Origin: Eledone cirrhosa
Taxonomy: Eukaryota
DNA length: 64,000 nucleotides
Assembly: GCA_964016885.1 (NCBI GenBank)
Contig: OZ024751.1
Coordinates: forward strand, 45,756,001-45,820,000
Direction of reading: 5' to 3'
A model generated the notes under the pieces. That model saw nothing but the letters and a program-made list of their open reading frames with translations, did no database searches and was not told the origin of the DNA. Below, one piece after another: positions 60,048-64,000 of the stretch; within the stretch, counting starts at the first letter, position 1, and every line of letters begins with the position of its first letter. Position numbers and translations under genes: made by a program.

Positions 60048-61116
60048 CGCAGTGAATCCATGGATGAAAAACTGCATGCCTATCAGCAAAAAAATCATGC
60101 ATGGATATGTTGCCAGGAAGCTCCAGAGTGAGAGTAATATAGATAAGGAAAGTAATCTATCTTGGACCAACAACCGCTATATTGGTTCCCACTTTGAAGG
60201 ATACGCTTTTGCAATCCAAGAACAGGAGATTAGCACGAAATACCTGATTCACAAAAGAGATAGGGATGCAGGCAAAACACCTAGATGTGATAACAAGTGC
60301 AGACTCTGCAGAACTAACATCGAGGATATCACCCATGTCATCAGCAGCTGCCCAAAGATGTCATCGCGGTACTATCTACCTATGAGGCATGATGTAGTGG
60401 CTAAAACACTGTACAATGCAGTTCGTAAAAAAGATAGCCCCGATAATAAACACATTAAAAGCTACAACAATGTGGAAGAGATCCATGTACATAATATGAA
60501 AGAGTACTGGTGGAATGTTCCAGTAAAAACCCCAATAAAATGCAGGCATAACAGACCAGATATTATGGTATGGGACAGGGAGAAGAAAACATGCACAGTA
60601 GTGGAAATTAGCTGCCCAGCAGATGCCAATATAATATCAAAGATTAGTGAAAAGGAGAATATTTATGTAGAACTGATGAGAAATCTGCAGATACTCCACC
60701 CTGATTACACCTTCAGATTTATGCCTGTGATTATTGGGGCACTGGGATATGTTAGTAACTGCCTCAATACAATTCTTGAGAAGCTAGGCTTCACAGGAAC
60801 AGAAAGAACACAACTAGTTAGGAAACTACAAGTACAATCCATTAATGGAACAGTAAAAATATGTAAAACGTTCCAAAAATTTTGCATCTAATAACTGCAT
60901 ATACACATGTACAGATACAAAGCATATACACATGCACACATACAACTCAAAATATACACATCCACACATACAATAACATCCATATCTACACATGCATGCA
61001 TACATACATATCTACCTAGTTGATGTGTAAATTCCAATGAAAGAGTCTTGTGTCTATGTTAGAAACCGACTCTCCCTCTATTGGTAAAACTTTGTGAAAT
61101 TATAAAACCAGAAGAA
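60048..61116 (+). mobile_element. 5'-truncated R4/Dong-like RLE non-LTR retrotransposon inserted in (CATA)n
   Basis: ORF followed by a 225-nt 3' UTR; (CATA)n at 59961-60047 and 61117-61144. Confidence 0.85.
60049..60891 (+). CDS. C-terminal ~280 aa of a non-LTR retrotransposon protein: CCHC zinc knuckle + restriction-like (PD-(D/E)xK) endonuclease; 5'-truncated with no true start codon
   Basis: CRLCRTNIEDITHVISSC, RHD, RPDI, VEISCP, EKENIY and PVIIGALG; no stop codons or frameshifts. Confidence 0.9.
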   Translation, partial: AVNPWMKNCMPISKKIMHGYVARKLQSESNIDKESNLSWTNNRYIGSHFEGYAFAIQEQEISTKYLIHKRDRDAGKTPRCDNKCRLCRTNIEDITHVISSCPKMSSRYYLPMRHDVVAKTLYNAVRKKDSPDNKHIKSYNNVEEIHVHNMKEYWWNVPVKTPIKCRHNRPDIMVWDREKKTCTVVEISCPADANIISKISEKENIYVELMRNLQILHPDYTFRFMPVIIGALGYVSNCLNTILEKLGFTGTERTQLVRKLQVQSINGTVKICKTFQKFCI

Positions 61117-61144
61117 CATACATACATACATACATACATACATA

Positions 61145-61749
61145 GTGGCTGCCAACTCGTTTTCGAGTACGGCCACTACTTTATATCCATGTAGAACTCC
61201 TACCGATGCGCTGAACGAGTGTGACTTTTTAGTCCAGCCAGCGACTCGAAAACTCTGGTACAAACACTACACCTGTGACAATTATTGACACATAGTGCTA
61301 GGCCCCTGGTACCATGTGACGACAAGTGCAGAGAGATCTCCAGATATAAAGCAATGCCTGTACCGTGAAGCTTTTATAGTGAGCAAAGGCACTGCACAAA
61401 GCCAGTCCCACTCTCTTAACCAAGATGATATTTACCAAAAAGAAGAACAAGTCAACATCATTGGATACCATCAGAGTTGCAGGTGTTATATCAGAGTTTT
61501 CCTTCTCCTAGAATTCTGCCTTGACAAAGGCTAAGGGGTGATTTCTCCCGGTGATTTTGGATGGCCATTGACTCTCAAGAGCTCCTTTGCCCTTTGACAG
61601 GTTTTGTTTTTTAGTCCTGCAGGATGTCCAAAGTCACCCTCCTCACCAAGAAACCTTGGTGGGTTTGCCAGTTTAGTCGCCAACGATCCAACCATGAGAC
61701 AGGTTGTACTGGGATACATGTTACAATTAGCACCAACTGGTGACCTGAC

Positions 61750-61752
<3 letters not shown>
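61145..61752 (-). mobile_element. Non-autonomous bipartite RTE derivative, copy B (~610 bp, apparently full length) with a (TATG)n tail
   Basis: Carries the 5'UTR motif; the 3' part encodes RCSVCTRVFESLAGLKSHTRSAHR*, a C2H2 finger of the type found at RTE ORF ends. Confidence 0.75.
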
Positions 61753-61807
<55 letters not shown>

Positions 61808-62599
61808 CACATATATATCATAATCATCATTTCTACTTGTTCTTCCCTTATATCCCTTTCTCGTGTGTGTGTGTACGCGTGGTGTGTGAATTGCACTTGC
61901 ATGCCAAGTAACCTGATCTGAAGTTATGTTAATCAACTGAAACAATTATATTGTGGAAGAGTTATAATAAGCAATTAAAATACATCTACGTTGTGTTGTT
62001 GTTATGCTATACTTGTGTCTCCTATGAAGTGTTAAAACAGGGTTTTGTGCTCTGTCTGTGACCCGACCCTTATCACAGCATCTGATGAAGTGTAGTATAT
62101 GTCAATGACCAGGTCCCATGTCGATTATGATGACTGATGATGATGATCACCACCACCATCATCATCATTTTACACCCATTTTTCATACTGGCAAATGTTG
62201 TCTTAGTCCAGGGCTAGACAGATCGAAGAGATCACATCTTCGACACACCAAGTCCATATTGTAGCGAGGTTTCTACAGCTGGCACCACCACTATGAAATG
62301 TATTTTCATTTTATAGCAGGGGTCACCAATCTATTTTGGAACTGGACAGAAGTGGAAATATTTTTATTTCAGTTTTCATTAAAAACTTACACCAACTTTC
62401 AAACAATTTCAGCCTCCATTATGCATCTCACCCTCACATACATTATACAGATGTTTCTATGTCTGTTGTCTCTTCTCTGTGCCTTAACTCTGTGAGATGT
62501 TGGTTGTACCCTTGATCTAAGGGTTGGAAAACTGTTTTTGGAGGTGGGCCTGATTGGGACTATTCTTTAAGGCTTGCAGACCAAGGTGAATGAAAAGTG

Positions 62600-62990
62600 A
62601 AATAACCATGGAAACAGCTTGATGCATTATAGAGATGTCATTTGGAAAGTGGAAGTGAGGAAGTTAGTGTAAAGGTCCATCAGGGCTCAGTCCACTGACC
62701 CCCCCCCCCCCCCCACTTTATTGTAATTCTCCAGGCAATAGCTGAGTAGTTTAAGACTGATTGTCCACGTGAATCCTTATATACTTACGACTTACTCCTC
62801 ATAACTGAATCTTTTGAAGAATTTAGAAGAAATTCCAAACATGGAAGCAAAACCTAGAATCAAGAAAGAAGACAGAGATCTACTGCTACAATCTGGGATG
62901 TGGCCATGCTTGATATGCTGAAAAAGGAAAGGTTAAAACGCCACACAGTGTACACAATACAAATTTAGGGTGCACGAGATGTAGAGACAC
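62600..62990 (+). pseudogene. Decayed RTE reverse transcriptase fragment
   Basis: VHQGSV..LFIVILQAIAE*FKTDCPRESLYTYDLLLITES..FQTWKQNLES..SGMWPCLIC; degenerate QGSVLSP and LYADD motifs. Confidence 0.75.
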
Positions 62991-63024
62991 GGGCAGATAA
63001 AGAGATAAGGAAAACCTTGTATGT

Positions 63025-63352
63025 AGTTGTGTGGCTGAGTAGTTAACACGTTGGCTGTGAAATCAGGAAGTTCTGAGTTGGATCCTACTGCAAAGCATTA
63101 TGGGTAAATATATTTCACTCCATAGCTTCAGGTTGAACCAAACTTTCTGTGTTAAATTAGCCCACATGATAGGCAGATTTCGACTGAGGATTCTGTTAAG
63201 GGTAGATGTGTGTTTGGAATACTTTTAAAGGTGGATATATGTGTGTTTGGAATACTGTCAAGGGTGGATATGTGTGTTTGGAATACTCAGCCATTTATAT
63301 GCTAATTCAATGAATAAGTATTCCAGTTGATTGAACAACTGAAATAATCACG
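63025..63352 (+). mobile_element. Old tRNA-derived SINE
   Basis: gtggctgagtagttaa A-box and gagttggatcc B-box; the 3' part is complementary to 1035-1140. Confidence 0.55.
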
Positions 63353-63447
63353 AAAATAAACGGAGATCCATTTACATCCATATAGACTCATGTGGGTGTA
63401 CATGTAGGCTTACACCCACACATATGTATATATATATATGTGTGTGC

Positions 63448-63482
<35 letters not shown>

Positions 63483-64000
63483 CACACACACACATGTATG
63501 TGTGTTTATATGTGTGTATGTATATATATATACACACACATATATATATGTATGTGTATACACATAATATATATATATATCTATATATATATATATAAAG
63601 ACTCTAGAGAAATACATGGATGTGTATTGTGTTGTGTTGTAAATGGAGCCAAACTGGTGGACCAGACTGATATATCAATCTTCCTGCGTGTGCTCAAACA
63701 CACTGAGACTGTAGCTGTGTAATAGACTAACACACACACACACAGACACACAGCTATACACGCTGTGTGTGTGTATAGCTGTGTGTGTAAGAGAGAGACT
63801 AAGAACGCCAGTACATTGGCAGAAGACTATCAGTTTACATGGCTGGCTTCAGGTTACACCATACAATCTTCAGAGTATAGACTTGCCAGGGAGAGACAAA
63901 GAGATACAGACACACAGACTGACAGATAAATAGATAGATAGGTAGGTAGGTGTGTGTGTGTGTATATATATATGTATATATATATAAATATATAAATATA

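Noticed and set aside
59893-60048. N-terminus of the 332-aa ORF
   Set aside because: It is read-through from the neighbouring element and (CATA)n, not part of the retrotransposon protein.
59415-61752. LTR retrotransposon (545-bp direct repeats around an ORF)
   Set aside because: The repeats lack TG..CA ends and a PBS/PPT and are RTE-derived, and the internal ORF is a non-LTR RLE domain in the opposite orientation.

Overview
Repeat-saturated, AT-rich animal genomic DNA. The dense (TA)n/(CA)n/(GA)n/(ACC)n microsatellites and the SINE families are most consistent with a cephalopod (octopus-like) genome; this is an inference. I find no host protein-coding exon I can support, no rRNA or tRNA genes and no CRISPR array, and nearly all listed ORFs are microsatellite or minisatellite artefacts. 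Recognisable content: (i) a 5'-truncated R4/Dong-type non-LTR retrotransposon with an uninterrupted CCHC + restriction-like endonuclease ORF, inserted in a (CATA)n tract between two copies of a non-autonomous bipartite RTE derivative; (ii) Penelope-like element (PLE) remnants in (TA)n tracts, including a GIY-YIG fragment, four hammerhead ribozymes with complete cores plus decayed ones, and four insertions with an inverted-arm + 3' extension architecture; (iii) RTE, L1/Tx1, Tc1, Helitron and TTAA-MITE remnants and several tRNA-derived SINE families; (iv) large tandem arrays (34, 80, 24, 57, 46, 57/53 and 25 bp), some with higher-order structure or a visible origin from mobile elements. The most coherent system here is a set of retroelements that appear to use microsatellites as landing sites, several of them carrying ribozymes. 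All coordinates and folds were determined by eye.
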